This document shows, piece after piece, positions 28,299 to 37,954 of a stretch of 55,824 nt of DNA. Under the pieces are notes generated by a model. That model was not told where the DNA came from. It saw nothing but the letters and a program-made list of their open reading frames with translations, and ran no database searches. Position numbers and translations under genes: made by a program. Origin of the DNA: Escherichia virus TH28; sequence record MT446402.1. One strand, 5' to 3'. Position 1 is the first letter of the stretch. Each line of letters starts with the position of its first letter.

Positions 28299-28522
28299 TG
28301 TAATACACCTTGTTCACAAATGTCTGCAAACTCTGCACGATGGTCACGCTGCCATGTCCAGAATGCACCATTCATAGGAACGACAGCACCTTTACGAAAT
28401 GCTGGAGAGAACTCCTCAGCAGATTTGGTAACTTTAAATTCCAAAGGTGAAATAGCTTCACCCTCAATGATTAGGCCAACTGGAACGTAGTCTTTGTTGG
28501 AAGCAACACATTTAAATTTCAT
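28295..28522 (-). CDS. small hypothetical protein, paralogue of 28068..28298
   Basis: Shared pattern VGLIIEGE ... NGAFWTW. Confidence 0.45.
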   Translation of the reverse strand: MKFKCVASNKDYVPVGLIIEGEAISPLEFKVTKSAEEFSPAFRKGAVVPMNGAFWTWQRDHRAEFADICEQGVLQ

Positions 28523-28826
28523 GGTATAAAACTCCTAATTCAGATTCTAATTTAAATTCACGGAAGAAATCCATTGTTACAAATCGGACTTTACCTTCGT
28601 CATCAACTACGTTACAGGAAATGTCGGAGTGGACCATCCTGCCTAGCTTCAAAGCAACTTCTGAAAGATTCGCTTCGCCAGTCCCTGAGATTACACGGTA
28701 GATGCGATATGGTGTAAAGCCGCTTAAAGAGTTATTACGGCTTGGGACAATCATCATGCCTGTTTTAGTAGCCATAATAACTCCAATATTAAAAGTACAT
28801 GAATGCGCCAATAGTAAGTAGCACAA
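28512..28826 (-). CDS. hypothetical protein
   Basis: 104-aa ORF, likely internal start at MATKTG. Confidence 0.35.
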   Translation of the reverse strand: MCYLLLAHSCTFNIGVIMATKTGMMIVPSRNNSLSGFTPYRIYRVISGTGEANLSEVALKLGRMVHSDISCNVVDDEGKVRFVTMDFFREFKLESELGVLYHEI

Positions 28827-29041
28827 GTGGGAACATCAGAATACAGAATACTAATTTCTTTACGATATCCATTATTTCACCAGGAAGTAGAGAACAATAG
28901 CAACACCAACACATGTAATGATTGTTGGCATATAATTATCAATTTTACGATATTTACGTTCGACTGGCTTCTTGCCTTCGATGGCATTCATCAGTTCTTG
29001 ATGATTAATCTGCTGCATTAATGTGTTGAATTGCTGGTCGT

Positions 29042-29230
29042 TCATTTTGCCTCCAGAATTTGGCTTAATGAGCTGAACACGATTTCCTCATGTTCGTCAG
29101 GTGTACATGCATTGATGTAACCAAAGTCATAACCAACAAACTTCTCTGCCCACTGCTGTAAACGAAGTAAAGAATTGAAGTACAAACTTTGCTCTACACC
29201 ATTTAACTTAAAGTAGACGATGAAGTCCAT
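29042..29230 (-). CDS. hypothetical protein
   Basis: 62-aa ORF. Confidence 0.4.
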   Translation of the reverse strand: MDFIVYFKLNGVEQSLYFNSLLRLQQWAEKFVGYDFGYINACTPDEHEEIVFSSLSQILEAK

Positions 29231-29472
29231 GATTAACCTCGGGCTTTAATGAAGTGAGGGTGAGCAGCCATTGCCACAATTTTGTTGTGCTTGTCATTTT
29301 TGAATTGCAAGCCAAACATATTCAGGGTGTGCAGCAGGTTTCCAAACCAGACGCCCCCCTTTCTCCATAAATCATCGTGTCAGCCAACATCACTGCCTTA
29401 GTTACAGTATTAACCAAAGCATGTGAAACAACACCGTCACGATTGATGTACTGATACAGTGCATAATTCATT

Positions 29473-29724
29473 TCAGAATCCTTTAGTGTATCCAACAGTT
29501 TTACGTAGAATGATTTCATCATTTGAACCACCTGGCTCTAATTCGATTTCGATTTCAACAACATCACTGTCTTTAAGTTTACATGCACGGCTTGAGTCAT
29601 AGAATCTTACAGTGTTGTACAGACCACACTCACCCTCCACCTTAATACATTTGATAGAATTGTAAGTGAAGATTTGACCTTCTGACAGGTCAGCAAATTT
29701 TGCACGTTTGTTGATGGTGTCCAT
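29473..29724 (-). CDS. hypothetical protein
   Basis: 83-aa ORF preceded by GGAG and a G8 tract. Confidence 0.4.
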   Translation of the reverse strand: MDTINKRAKFADLSEGQIFTYNSIKCIKVEGECGLYNTVRFYDSSRACKLKDSDVVEIEIELEPGGSNDEIILRKTVGYTKGF

Positions 29725-29761
29725 TATAGCTCCGAAGTTGGAGGGTTACTCCCCCCCCATA

Positions 29762-29980
29762 TTAAACTGAAATTGGCTCTTGAACTAAATCAGAAGCTGA
29801 GATTTCTTTAAACTCTTCTTCTGTAAAAGTTCTCTCATTGTCATTTAATAAAACACCAATGTTAGAATCACCAACGAACACAGCATTTACATTAATGTCA
29901 TCTTCCAAAACCTTTTGCAGATGTTCCCCACCACGCGTGAAGAAGATTGCACCATCTTCCAAATCTTTAAAACGAGTCAT
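29762..29980 (-). CDS. hypothetical protein
   Basis: 72-aa acidic ORF, first gene after the repeat region. Confidence 0.4.
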   Translation of the reverse strand: MTRFKDLEDGAIFFTRGGEHLQKVLEDDINVNAVFVGDSNIGVLLNDNERTFTEEEFKEISASDLVQEPISV

Positions 29981-30270
29981 TTTATTCTCCTAAGTTAAAA
30001 GAAAACTCCCGTCATAACGATTGTGGAGGTCTTGTATTACCTTAATCCACCTTAAAGAATCAGGGAGTTATATAGTATTCCTGTGTGTGCCGCCATCATG
30101 GACTTCCTAGTCTGGTGGGCGCGTTGCAATCCAGCAATAAACCACACGTTTTTCACAGGCTATATATGTGACACACAAAGTGTCTAAAAACTACAATGAT
30201 TAGCTTGGAGACATAATCTCTCTAAAATCTGTCACACAATTTCAGCAGAATTCACAGAGATTTGGTCTTA

Positions 30271-30287
30271 TTCACATACAACTAATG
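30271..30287 (-). promoter_or_regulatory. conserved 17-bp motif copy
   Basis: Plus strand TTCACATACAACTAATG. Confidence 0.4.
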
Positions 30288-30339
30288 ATAAATGAACATG
30301 CTTAATTGCAACTAACTCATCTGCCAAATAGACGAATTT

Positions 30340-31164
30340 TGTCACAATTAAACATGCGTCATTAATTACAGGTTTACTCCCACCTTGAATGTATTTGGCA
30401 CATTAAGATTGGAGCAAGCAGGTACGGAAAACCGACCATGTACAGCATAATAAAACTAATTAAATAAAGGGTTTTATCCCAATATTGTCACAATATTTAC
30501 ATGCGATGATAAAGCCTTCGCTTGGCTGGAAGCCAGTATTCATGCGGGTTGCAAGAATATTGGGTCAATACTGATACAGCTATTACATGTGAAATTGGCA
30601 CAAATACTGTTACAAAATTAACATGCCGGATTGGTAGACAATTGTATCTTCGAGGTGATTAGTCCTCTAACAATTCTGCCACATTCTAACATGCCAATTT
30701 GTAGCAATATTTACATGCCATACTGTGACGCAATTGTCACAATATTTGTTGCTCAAAATCGGGGCGGGCTACGGGATTAGTTTCGCGGCTTTGCTCCGAC
30801 TCTTCTCTTCTTTCGAATTAAGATAGAAAGAAAGAAGCATGTCCAAAAGTTCCAGTCTTGCCAAAGTTATCTCCCGGCTTGTGGGTGGGCCTTTATAATA
30901 GGAGATGGAGCAATATTGTCGCAATTGAACATGCTTTAGTTGAAGAACAGTTTCGAATGATAATCCTACTTCACACATGGTTGCTGGAACTTTGTCTGGC
31001 CAAAGACAGGGAGTTCAATGATTGCCACATCATTACAACGCTGTGTGTTTAGTTGACATGCTGAAATGTTTCTAGAATGATTTCAACATGACATGCGGAA
31101 TACTTCTCCGTATTCTGTTACTTCACATCCAACTAATGTCGAATATTGAAACAATATTACATGC
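30340..31164. repeat. array of at least 8 same-orientation copies of a roughly 20-bp motif (plus strand ATTGTCACAATATTTACATGC)
   Basis: Copies at 30340-30357, 30484-30504, 30608-30626, 30677-30694, 30700-30718, 30733-30752, 30915-30934, 31150-31164 plus partial copies; irregular spacing; immediately downstream of RNAP gene. Confidence 0.7.
31122..31138 (-). promoter_or_regulatory. conserved 17-bp motif copy
   Basis: Plus strand TTCACATCCAACTAATG. Confidence 0.4.
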
Positions 31165-31200
31165 AGCAATATTGCTTGAATATTGGGAATTAAAGGATTT

Positions 31201-31247
31201 AATTAATAAAGAATAAAGAAAGGGCCATCACCTTTCGATGACAGCCC
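31201..31247 (-). terminator. putative intrinsic terminator after RNAP gene
   Basis: Minus-strand hairpin AGGGCTGTCATCGAAAGGTGATGGCCCT followed by U-rich TTCTTTATTCTTTATT; RNAP stop at 31256. Confidence 0.5.
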
Positions 31248-31255
31248 TGTTTCTC

Positions 31256-33370
31256 TTATTGACAGAAGTAGTAAGCGTGTTCGCTCATCAGAAGCTCTTC
31301 GGTTACGATGTTCTCATGATACATCTGAATGCCACCAAGTTGCTTAGACAGATTCTCGAATTGATTGTTGGTTACGAAGATTTCAACATATGCTGCACGA
31401 ATAACTTCCATCATTTTAGGAGCATCAGCTAAGCAGCAACGGAAACAATCATGGATTGAAGTAAAGCCACGAAGACCAGCTTCTTTAGCTTTGACTGCAA
31501 CAGTACGAGCAACCAATGCGTCAATACCTTGAATGTAGTTAACAACGAAGGTACGTTTGAATTCCTCTTTAGTTGGATTGGACTCACGAATGGTCCAAGG
31601 CTTATTCTCCTGAATCTGACCAAAGATGACACGAGTTTGAGAGTCAACACGAATGCTGAATGCATCACAAACATCACGAGATGGGAAGCAAGGTTTCATT
31701 ACAACTTGACCATCAGTGTGCTTATATGTGATGTACTCTTTGTTGAGTTCAACACAACGAGCAAATGCAGCATCAGCAGCTTTCTCGATGAACATGTTAA
31801 TCTTAGCACCCAATGCGTTATGGATTGCTTCAACACAAAGTTCAGCAAATGCTTCGGCTTTCTCCATAGGAATCTGGAGAGCTTCTGTCATGTATGCGGT
31901 GAAATCAGAAGAACCAGTCAATGCAGCTTTACCACCACCATATTGGATAGCCATGTATGGAGTTTTGATAAACTTACGACCAGCTTTCGGATTCAAGAAT
32001 TCATCCATAATTTCAGCGGATGGTTTCATTGAAGAACGGTCAAGCAACTTCAACAGTTCACGAAGAGATAACTGGTATGGGTCAGATGCTTTAGTCTCAG
32101 AATCAACCAGACCTGTAGCACGAGCCATTTCCATGTTACCAGCAATGAATGCCAAGTATTGGGTACCAGAACATTTAGCATCTAAGCCAAAGCCTACACG
32201 AGAATCACACTCACCTGTAGTCTCAAACTTGAACCAATCCAGAGCCAGACGAACATAAGTGAATGGCTTAGAAGGACGCTCACCTTTAGGCATGTTCAGC
32301 ATACGAGCCAAAGAACCAGCAGGATTCTGTGCAACATAAGTTAAACGTTTTGCAGAAGTCCAGTCTCCACCAGCAATATCTTCCAGCTCAAGCATGAACA
32401 TGTTGTATGCCAGAGTTGTTGAGCCATCATCATTAAACTTGCTCACAGTGTTCTCAACATTGTGGGAATACAGGCAACGAGCAAAGTCGGATGATTGTGG
32501 GTTAGGACCAGCACATGCTACATGATACAAACGACCACGGTTATCAGCAAAGTAGTCAGAGAACAGAGTGTCCTGCCCAACCATTGCTACAGCATTGTTC
32601 CAAACATGGAGTTCAGTCTGGATTGCTTCTGGCATCTGTAAGCCACCAAAGGTACGTTGTTCTAACATGGAAGAGATAACCTTAACCATTGTTGCATCAA
32701 CGTGATATTCAGTATCTTGCAGGAATTCGATTGCAGCTTTCAGAGTCTTGGATGGCTTAACTTTGCCACCTTTAACGAAAGGCTTGCGACGAGATTCAGT
32801 TGTTACACGCTCAGTGAATGGAACTGAGGTATCTTTGGTTGTAACCAGCTCAACCCATGCATCAGTCATCTGGAACGATTTGTCCTCGTTCATGGTGATG
32901 AAACCGAAGTGCTTAGCTAAACCAATGAGGTTGATAGCTGGGTCAACATAGTGCATTGCTTTCAGGTCGTTGTTATAACGGTTGGCATCAGCAATAGAAG
33001 CAGAAGCCAGCTCGACCATTGCAATGGCTGGGACAACATCATCACGAGTGAATGACGTCATCATCTTGAAGATTGCAAGAGCAGCAATAGCACAGGTCTG
33101 AGGCTGCATGTAATTCTGTTTCTCTTTGGCACGGTATACCAGAGCCGTGATAGCAGGGACAACGGATTTGATAGTTTGAGTTGAGATAGTTGTCATTTTG
33201 CGAGTCTCCAAGTTAGTTTCGGTTTTAGTTTCGGATTGTGTAGCAGCAGTGATTTCGTCAACCATTTGGTTGCAACGGTCCATCGTATCAAGCACGTCTT
33301 TCCAACCGTGGCCTTCTTCTTTTAAGCGAGCGCCATCAGCAGCCAGTGCGCGATATTCTTCGTTAGTCAT
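31256..33370 (-). CDS. single-subunit DNA-dependent RNA polymerase (T7-like)
   Basis: Motifs DNRGRLY, DAKCSGTQY (motif A), RKFIKTPYMAIQYGGG (motif B), IHDCF (motif C) match T7 RNAP; 704 aa. Confidence 0.85.
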   Translation of the reverse strand: MTNEEYRALAADGARLKEEGHGWKDVLDTMDRCNQMVDEITAATQSETKTETNLETRKMTTISTQTIKSVVPAITALVYRAKEKQNYMQPQTCAIAALAIFKMMTSFTRDDVVPAIAMVELASASIADANRYNNDLKAMHYVDPAINLIGLAKHFGFITMNEDKSFQMTDAWVELVTTKDTSVPFTERVTTESRRKPFVKGGKVKPSKTLKAAIEFLQDTEYHVDATMVKVISSMLEQRTFGGLQMPEAIQTELHVWNNAVAMVGQDTLFSDYFADNRGRLYHVACAGPNPQSSDFARCLYSHNVENTVSKFNDDGSTTLAYNMFMLELEDIAGGDWTSAKRLTYVAQNPAGSLARMLNMPKGERPSKPFTYVRLALDWFKFETTGECDSRVGFGLDAKCSGTQYLAFIAGNMEMARATGLVDSETKASDPYQLSLRELLKLLDRSSMKPSAEIMDEFLNPKAGRKFIKTPYMAIQYGGGKAALTGSSDFTAYMTEALQIPMEKAEAFAELCVEAIHNALGAKINMFIEKAADAAFARCVELNKEYITYKHTDGQVVMKPCFPSRDVCDAFSIRVDSQTRVIFGQIQENKPWTIRESNPTKEEFKRTFVVNYIQGIDALVARTVAVKAKEAGLRGFTSIHDCFRCCLADAPKMMEVIRAAYVEIFVTNNQFENLSKQLGGIQMYHENIVTEELLMSEHAYYFCQ

Positions 33371-33432
33371 GATAAGTCTCCAATTGATTATGATTTAACT
33401 GAAACGGATTAGACTTGCGTAGCCTATTCATA

Positions 33433-33449
33433 ATCACAACCAACTAATG
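33433..33449 (-). promoter_or_regulatory. conserved 17-bp motif copy
   Basis: Plus strand ATCACAACCAACTAATG; 63 nt upstream of RNAP start. Confidence 0.45.
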
Positions 33450-33499
33450 GTAAGGCTAGCTCGTTACAACAGCGTGCTCTGATTGCCTTTGACCTTGAC

Positions 33500-33960
33500 C
33501 CACTACCTAACTTGGTGTTGATTGAAAGCCGATAGGCTATAGGAAAAAGTTGGGGTAGGGACCGTATTTAAGTCCGATAGGACGTTGGGCTTCCCCTCCT
33601 CGGAGATAAAATTTTAAAAATAATAATGACACAACTTCCCCCCCCCCCCGCCACCTCAAAAATAAAATAATATCGCCACAATTCTAGTCTCATTAATATT
33701 GAAACAATTCGAGTCTCATTAATTCCGTAGCAATATTTAAATTAAAAAAAAAAAAATTATATAAAATTTTTATAACATAGTCGGGCTTCTGTTCGAACAA
33801 ATTTCGGCTAGATACAGCTGACCGATTGTGAACGAGTCTATGTCCAGATACAGTTGACCGATCATTTACCATTTGGTTTGAACTTTACGCATTCCTAATA
33901 TTACTTTAAATATTGTAGCAATATTGGGAATAAGTAATATTGAAAACTTACTTATTTTAT
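33500..33960. other. repeat- and homopolymer-rich intergenic region (candidate genome end, origin or packaging region)
   Basis: C12 at 33638-33649, A13 at 33744-33756, direct repeats CAGATACAG(C/T)TGACCGAT at 33811 and 33844, AGTCTCATTAAT at 33687 and 33711, CAATATT-type motifs. Confidence 0.45.
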
Positions 33961-34043
33961 TCTAGCTCAAAGAGAAACGACGCTAACGCATCGAATCTCT
34001 TCTCACATATTAACTGACAAACGTCAGCCTTCACCATACCCAA

Positions 34044-35162
34044 TCATAATTCAAATCCACCTAGAGCATCAGTATCAACTTCGGAGTCAATTTGCCCGAC
34101 CAGATAGGAACTAATCTCCGTTTCCTGTGGAGCAACCTGTACAGCATCCGAATTCAACCATGCGTTAATCCACGGAATCGGGTTAGTTGCACCTTTGAAT
34201 GGAGCATCTAATCCAACTGCTTGCATACGAATATTCGTGATATATTCCACATACCCGCACAGAATTTGCTTGTTTAAGCCAATCATGGAGCCATCTTTGA
34301 ACAGATAATCGGCCCAATCTTTCTCTTGTTGAGCAGCATCTTCGAACAATTTCTGGCACTCTTCACGGCATTCTTGGGCAATTTCACCCATTTCTGGGTC
34401 ATCTTTACCACTCGCAAGAATATTCAACATGTGCTGAGTTCCGGTCAAATGGAGTGCTTCATCTCGTGCAATCAGTCGAATAATCTTGGCATTTCCTTCC
34501 ATTAACTTGCGTTCAGCGAAGGCAAATGAGCAAGCAAAACTAACATAGAAGCGAATTGCTTCAAGTGCGTTGATAGACATGAGGCATAAATAGAGCTTCC
34601 TCTTCAACTCACGAAGACTAATTTCATGACCAGCATGGTTCCCTTCTCCGAACAATTGCCATAATGCAGTGAGTTGTTGAAGCTCGTCATAATATTGGGA
34701 GATGCCAATTGCTCGTGCTTTGATATGCTCGTTAGTTACAATTTCATCAAAGATAATGCTTGGGTCTGTAACGATGTTTCGAATAATGTGGGTGTAAGAA
34801 CGTGAATGGATAGTCTCGGAGAAAGACCAAGTTTCAATCCAAGTTTCAAGCTCAGGAATGCTCACGATTGGGAGCAAAACTGTGTTAGGTCCACGTCCCT
34901 GAATGGAGTCCAGAAGGATTTGATAGCGCAAATTACTGGTGAAAATGTGCTGTTCGTTTGGTGGAAGCTTCTGGTAATCAATGCGGTCTTGTGAAACATC
35001 TACCTCTTCCGGTCTCCAGAAGAATGACAATTGTTTCTCAATCAACTTCTCGAATATGCCATACTTCTGTTGGTCATAGCGAGCAACGTTGACGTTCTGA
35101 CCAAAGAACATTGGTTCTAATAGTTGGTTATTCTTGGTTTGTGAAAAGGTAGTGTAAGACAT
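34044..35162 (-). CDS. nrdB: ribonucleotide reductase class Ia small subunit
   Basis: Long blocks matching enterobacterial NrdB as I recall it ([52 protein letters not shown]). Confidence 0.9.
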   Translation of the reverse strand: MSYTTFSQTKNNQLLEPMFFGQNVNVARYDQQKYGIFEKLIEKQLSFFWRPEEVDVSQDRIDYQKLPPNEQHIFTSNLRYQILLDSIQGRGPNTVLLPIVSIPELETWIETWSFSETIHSRSYTHIIRNIVTDPSIIFDEIVTNEHIKARAIGISQYYDELQQLTALWQLFGEGNHAGHEISLRELKRKLYLCLMSINALEAIRFYVSFACSFAFAERKLMEGNAKIIRLIARDEALHLTGTQHMLNILASGKDDPEMGEIAQECREECQKLFEDAAQQEKDWADYLFKDGSMIGLNKQILCGYVEYITNIRMQAVGLDAPFKGATNPIPWINAWLNSDAVQVAPQETEISSYLVGQIDSEVDTDALGGFEL

Positions 35163-35164
35163 TA

Positions 35165-35725
35165 TTATTTATTTCCTAAATACTTATAAAATTTATGTCC
35201 ACCATAGGTTCCTCTTCCAACAACTCTTTTGAAATTACATTTCTCTGTAGCTGTGCAGAAGTGGGTGGCATCGGTTACATCTGGGGCATCCAACAATGCG
35301 AAGCTAATTGCCACATTCATGGCGTCCCAAACCTGTTTTGATTCGGTCTTCCAATTTGTTTTAACTATGTTCTTCCACTGAGCATTCTTCTTCTTTGCTT
35401 CTCTTGTCCAAGCAAACTGGTTGCGTTGATATACTACATCGCAAACGGTGTTAGCGAATGGCTTCCCGAATTTGATTCGATTACGGACGACATTAGCTAC
35501 CAGAATCTTTCCATGTTTGCTTTCTCCACGAGCTTCAAACCAAATTACTTTGGCATAGCATTCTATATCTTTGCGTTGAGAAATAGATAGTTTCGGATTT
35601 CCATTTAAATAGGATTGACTTGCAAAATCTGTAATAGTGGCGTTCACTGCCCCAGCCGAAGCTGGGACATTTGCGTGAAACAGACTTACCAACAGAAATG
35701 CAAGAACTTGTGCTGAGGGCATCAT
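35165..35725 (-). CDS. SleB/CwlJ-family cell-wall hydrolase with N-terminal signal sequence (probable endolysin)
   Basis: Motif IWFEARGES ... VANVVRNR ... QRNQFAW; hydrophobic N-terminus; next to holin-like gene. Confidence 0.6.
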   Translation of the reverse strand: MMPSAQVLAFLLVSLFHANVPASAGAVNATITDFASQSYLNGNPKLSISQRKDIECYAKVIWFEARGESKHGKILVANVVRNRIKFGKPFANTVCDVVYQRNQFAWTREAKKKNAQWKNIVKTNWKTESKQVWDAMNVAISFALLDAPDVTDATHFCTATEKCNFKRVVGRGTYGGHKFYKYLGNK

Positions 35726-35740
35726 AGTTCCTTGTTTGCA

Positions 35741-36082
35741 TTATTTGGCCTTCTTAAACCAATTGAGTGGGTTGAGTTGTTTGATTGCAGCAGTGAAGCA
35801 ATCTCGAATTGTGGTAATGATTAGGTTAGCCCCAATCAAACCAATCACCATTGCAGCGATTGTGGCATAACGTGGTTCATCTTTGAATATGTCCACGAAG
35901 CCAGGGAGGGAGAAAACAAACGTACCAATAACCACACAAAGCAGAGCATCGAGAATTGCTTTCAGCAAGCCTTCCTTTTCATATGCCCCACGAATGAGTG
36001 CAGTCAATCCAGCCAGGAGTCCATGAAGAACTCCATACTGGTGCATTGCTTCCCAAATCATCTGGAAAGTTTGTCTATCCAT
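35741..36082 (-). CDS. holin-like membrane protein
   Basis: 113 aa with about three hydrophobic segments and charged C-terminus; adjacent to hydrolase. Confidence 0.5.
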   Translation of the reverse strand: MDRQTFQMIWEAMHQYGVLHGLLAGLTALIRGAYEKEGLLKAILDALLCVVIGTFVFSLPGFVDIFKDEPRYATIAAMVIGLIGANLIITTIRDCFTAAIKQLNPLNWFKKAK

Positions 36083-36612
36083 TAGATTTCATTCCAGTCG
36101 ATTGTCTTAGTTAAGTCCATTCGAGATACAAGGATTCGCTTCTTCTTCAATTCAAGAAGAGCTTCTTCATCACCTTTCTCTTGCATCTTGAGTTCAAATA
36201 CACTATCGAGCAGAGCAATCTGTTCTGACAGGCGTGAGATTGCTTTGCCCTGACGGAACTTGTTGAACAGTATGCGGTTCTCGGTGTGAGGTACAAACTT
36301 CTTACCATCAAACTTCCAGAAGTGCATTTCTTCTGCGACACCTTCTGGCAGGGCATCCAATTCAACTATGTTTCCACCTAGCGGCGTAGCCACAGTGTCA
36401 CCAGGTCCAAAGTCGATATGACGAATAGAGCCATCATTCTCATACACAACCTTGGCAGTTCCATCTTTAAGACTCTTTCGAATCTTATACCAGCACTTAC
36501 CATTCTCGTCACACCCGAAGATAATTTTGTGCTCGTCCTTGAGCACTTGCTGGTTTTCAGTTAAGTTTGTGTTCTCAACAAACCCTTTATAGTTACACAG
36601 AATAGCTGTCAT
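36082..36612 (-). CDS. tail fibre assembly / chaperone-like protein
   Basis: 176-aa ORF directly downstream of tail fibre genes. Confidence 0.35.
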   Translation of the reverse strand: MTAILCNYKGFVENTNLTENQQVLKDEHKIIFGCDENGKCWYKIRKSLKDGTAKVVYENDGSIRHIDFGPGDTVATPLGGNIVELDALPEGVAEEMHFWKFDGKKFVPHTENRILFNKFRQGKAISRLSEQIALLDSVFELKMQEKGDEEALLELKKKRILVSRMDLTKTIDWNEI

Positions 36613-37945
36613 ACCATGTTCCGTTCATATATTTCTGCAATTTACGACGACCAACGTAGTCAATAAATTCATCAGAAGTTGTGTTATAGCACGATGTAAT
36701 GACCCAACCAGATTCATCGCGGTAGCCAGGGCCACGCCATGCAGCAGTTTCTTGGTAGGATGCTAAACGAATGTCACTCATGAAATAGGCATTGACCCAA
36801 TTCTCTCGTGCAAATCGGAAAGGACCGCCATTACCAGTGTAGTCGATGTTACCATCAAGGCCGAACATCCAGTTATGTACTGCTCCGTCATCGCTTCGGC
36901 GTGAAATTACAGGACTTGAGAAGTCCGATGTTCTGGTGTATGCACCAAAGGAAATCCAAGAGCCATATCCATAACCAGTTGTGATTGTGTTCAATGTTGC
37001 AAGAGGAACCCAGGAATCTGGGCCAACTTCACAACTGTACACACCATAAGGAACGTTGCCATCTGCCTCTTGTCCCCAGCCACGACCCCAAGTTATGCCG
37101 CGATATTGACCAAGCAAGTGGAGCTTAAAGTCTTGACCAGTGCCAAGTAATTTAAGTTGGTTGTACCCTTCTGCGATAAGACGTGCAGTGAAGTCTAAAC
37201 CAGAGTTTGCATAGTGGAAGTCAATAAACGGCGTATTGTTATACAACTCTATTGCAGCAACTTCTGTGGTGCGGTCACGCTGCAAGACTCGTGCAAGCTC
37301 TCTCCAGTTGGCCCAATTCTGCGAGGCATCTAGTGTACGACTTCGAACCCAGACGTTGCCATAGATTGAAGTATAGCGTTGCTGAACATTATACGCAGAT
37401 GGAAGAACTTCCAAAGTACCAGCCATTGCTGCCGGATAGCCGCCAGCAGAGCCAGCAACAGCATCAGACTCTTGATAGTAGATACCAACATCTGACGCAC
37501 CTGTAAGCAGGTTAATGTTCATGTTTGAGGCATTCTTACAAGTCATTACAGCATGTGCTGTGTACACCCTGCTACCAGATGTGCCTTGCGAGTAGTACAT
37601 AATCGGAGGCCGTGCTGCGTTACCATGTGTTACCAAGATTGAAGCATTGCTGTTATCAGACACGCCAAGAACAGTAATGATTACATACGCACCGCTTACA
37701 GAAGATAAGTCCCACTTCTGCAACTCTGGGGGAACGTTGACAGCAGAGTTCATCTCAACGTAGAGAACTTCACCATTTACAAAAGTGTATGTATTGAAGT
37801 TGAAGTTTCTTACAAATGCCGTGGTTGGAATCTGGGCATTCTTTTGTCCAACAGTGATTACCTCACCACGAGCAGTACCTGCATTTAAGAATGCAGCAGA
37901 CTTTAAGGCGGCAACTAAGCCGCCAAATGACCAACCTTTAGCCAT
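36593..37945 (-). CDS. tail fibre protein
   Basis: 450 aa, Gly/Ser/Thr/Tyr-rich beta-type composition; in fibre block. Confidence 0.5.
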   Translation of the reverse strand: MAKGWSFGGLVAALKSAAFLNAGTARGEVITVGQKNAQIPTTAFVRNFNFNTYTFVNGEVLYVEMNSAVNVPPELQKWDLSSVSGAYVIITVLGVSDNSNASILVTHGNAARPPIMYYSQGTSGSRVYTAHAVMTCKNASNMNINLLTGASDVGIYYQESDAVAGSAGGYPAAMAGTLEVLPSAYNVQQRYTSIYGNVWVRSRTLDASQNWANWRELARVLQRDRTTEVAAIELYNNTPFIDFHYANSGLDFTARLIAEGYNQLKLLGTGQDFKLHLLGQYRGITWGRGWGQEADGNVPYGVYSCEVGPDSWVPLATLNTITTGYGYGSWISFGAYTRTSDFSSPVISRRSDDGAVHNWMFGLDGNIDYTGNGGPFRFARENWVNAYFMSDIRLASYQETAAWRGPGYRDESGWVITSCYNTTSDEFIDYVGRRKLQKYMNGTWYDSYSV

Positions 37946-37954
37946 TACATTACC

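Noticed and set aside
29354-29359. G6/C6 homopolymer as a frameshift site extending ORF 29322..29531
   Set aside because: Alternative frames after the tract hit a stop within about 20 codons, so no longer product is created.
30340-30357. Repeat copies as DnaA boxes
   Set aside because: TTTGTCACA matches the DnaA box TTWTNCACA at 8 of 9 positions but has G where T is expected at position 4, and other copies deviate further.
30769-30978. 69-aa minus-strand ORF inside the repeat region
   Set aside because: It overlaps one of the repeat copies (30915-30934) and has no ribosome-binding context; more likely a chance ORF in AT-rich non-coding DNA.
30340-31164. Possible CRISPR array
   Set aside because: Repeats are about 20 bp, imperfect and irregularly spaced (23-235 bp), with no constant-length spacers and no cas genes nearby.
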